NCBI RefSeq assembly: GCF_001194135.2
Contig: NC_068987.1
Coordinates: forward strand, 36,022,303 to 36,086,302
Source: Octopus bimaculoides
Lineage: Eukaryota
Length of the DNA stretch: 64,000 nt
Direction of reading: 5' to 3'
Both the position numbers and the translations under genes were made by a program. Shown here piece by piece: positions 63,776 to 64,000 of this stretch (position 1 is the first letter of the stretch; every line of letters begins with the position of its first letter). Under the pieces are notes generated by a model, which saw only the letters and a list, made by a program, of their open reading frames with translations, did not search any database and had not been told where the DNA came from.

Positions 63776-64000
63776 TTTATGTTTGACTTTTGTTTTGCAT
63801 TTGTACAAGTTGGATCCAAGTCTCACCCAGAGACCTCAAGAGACAACAAGTTAGAAGTTCATGTAGGTGTTATGCCTAGGGTACCATATCTTTGGATTTG
63901 TACAGTTTTGTTCAAGTGAATGTTTAAGAAACCATAAGAACATTATGTGTTTGCTTTAAAATTTGAGATCACATAGACAGTATTTTACGTAGGATATGGG
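63776..64000 (-). mobile_element. R4/Dong-like element extreme 3' end (runs off the window)
   Basis: Minus strand HILRKILSM* followed by a ~190-nt 3' UTR and (AAT)n. Confidence 0.7.

Overview
Animal, AT-rich genomic scaffold with eight N-gaps. The SINE families and extreme microsatellite density suggest Octopus (inference). Most of the window is retrotransposon, DNA-transposon and simple-repeat sequence. No complete host gene, tRNA/rRNA gene or CRISPR array is supportable; only a few isolated candidate spliced exons of unidentified product were seen. Main contents: (i) at least ten fragments of restriction-endonuclease (RLE, R4/Dong-type) non-LTR retrotransposons bounded by trinucleotide microsatellites, including a stacked train at ~56.9-64 kb; (ii) two GIY-YIG Penelope-like (Naiad-type) elements, one bracketed by ~135-bp inverted repeats carrying a type I hammerhead ribozyme motif and a fold-back junction; (iii) a tRNA-headed, hammerhead-containing SINE-like element with an inverted head duplication; (iv) RTE, CR1-like and Tx1 LINE remnants, three mariner fragments and one DD37D (maT) transposon; (v) about 15 tRNA-derived SINE copies. 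All alignments, translations and folds were done by eye. Element boundaries are approximate (+/- tens of bp) unless a motif is quoted.
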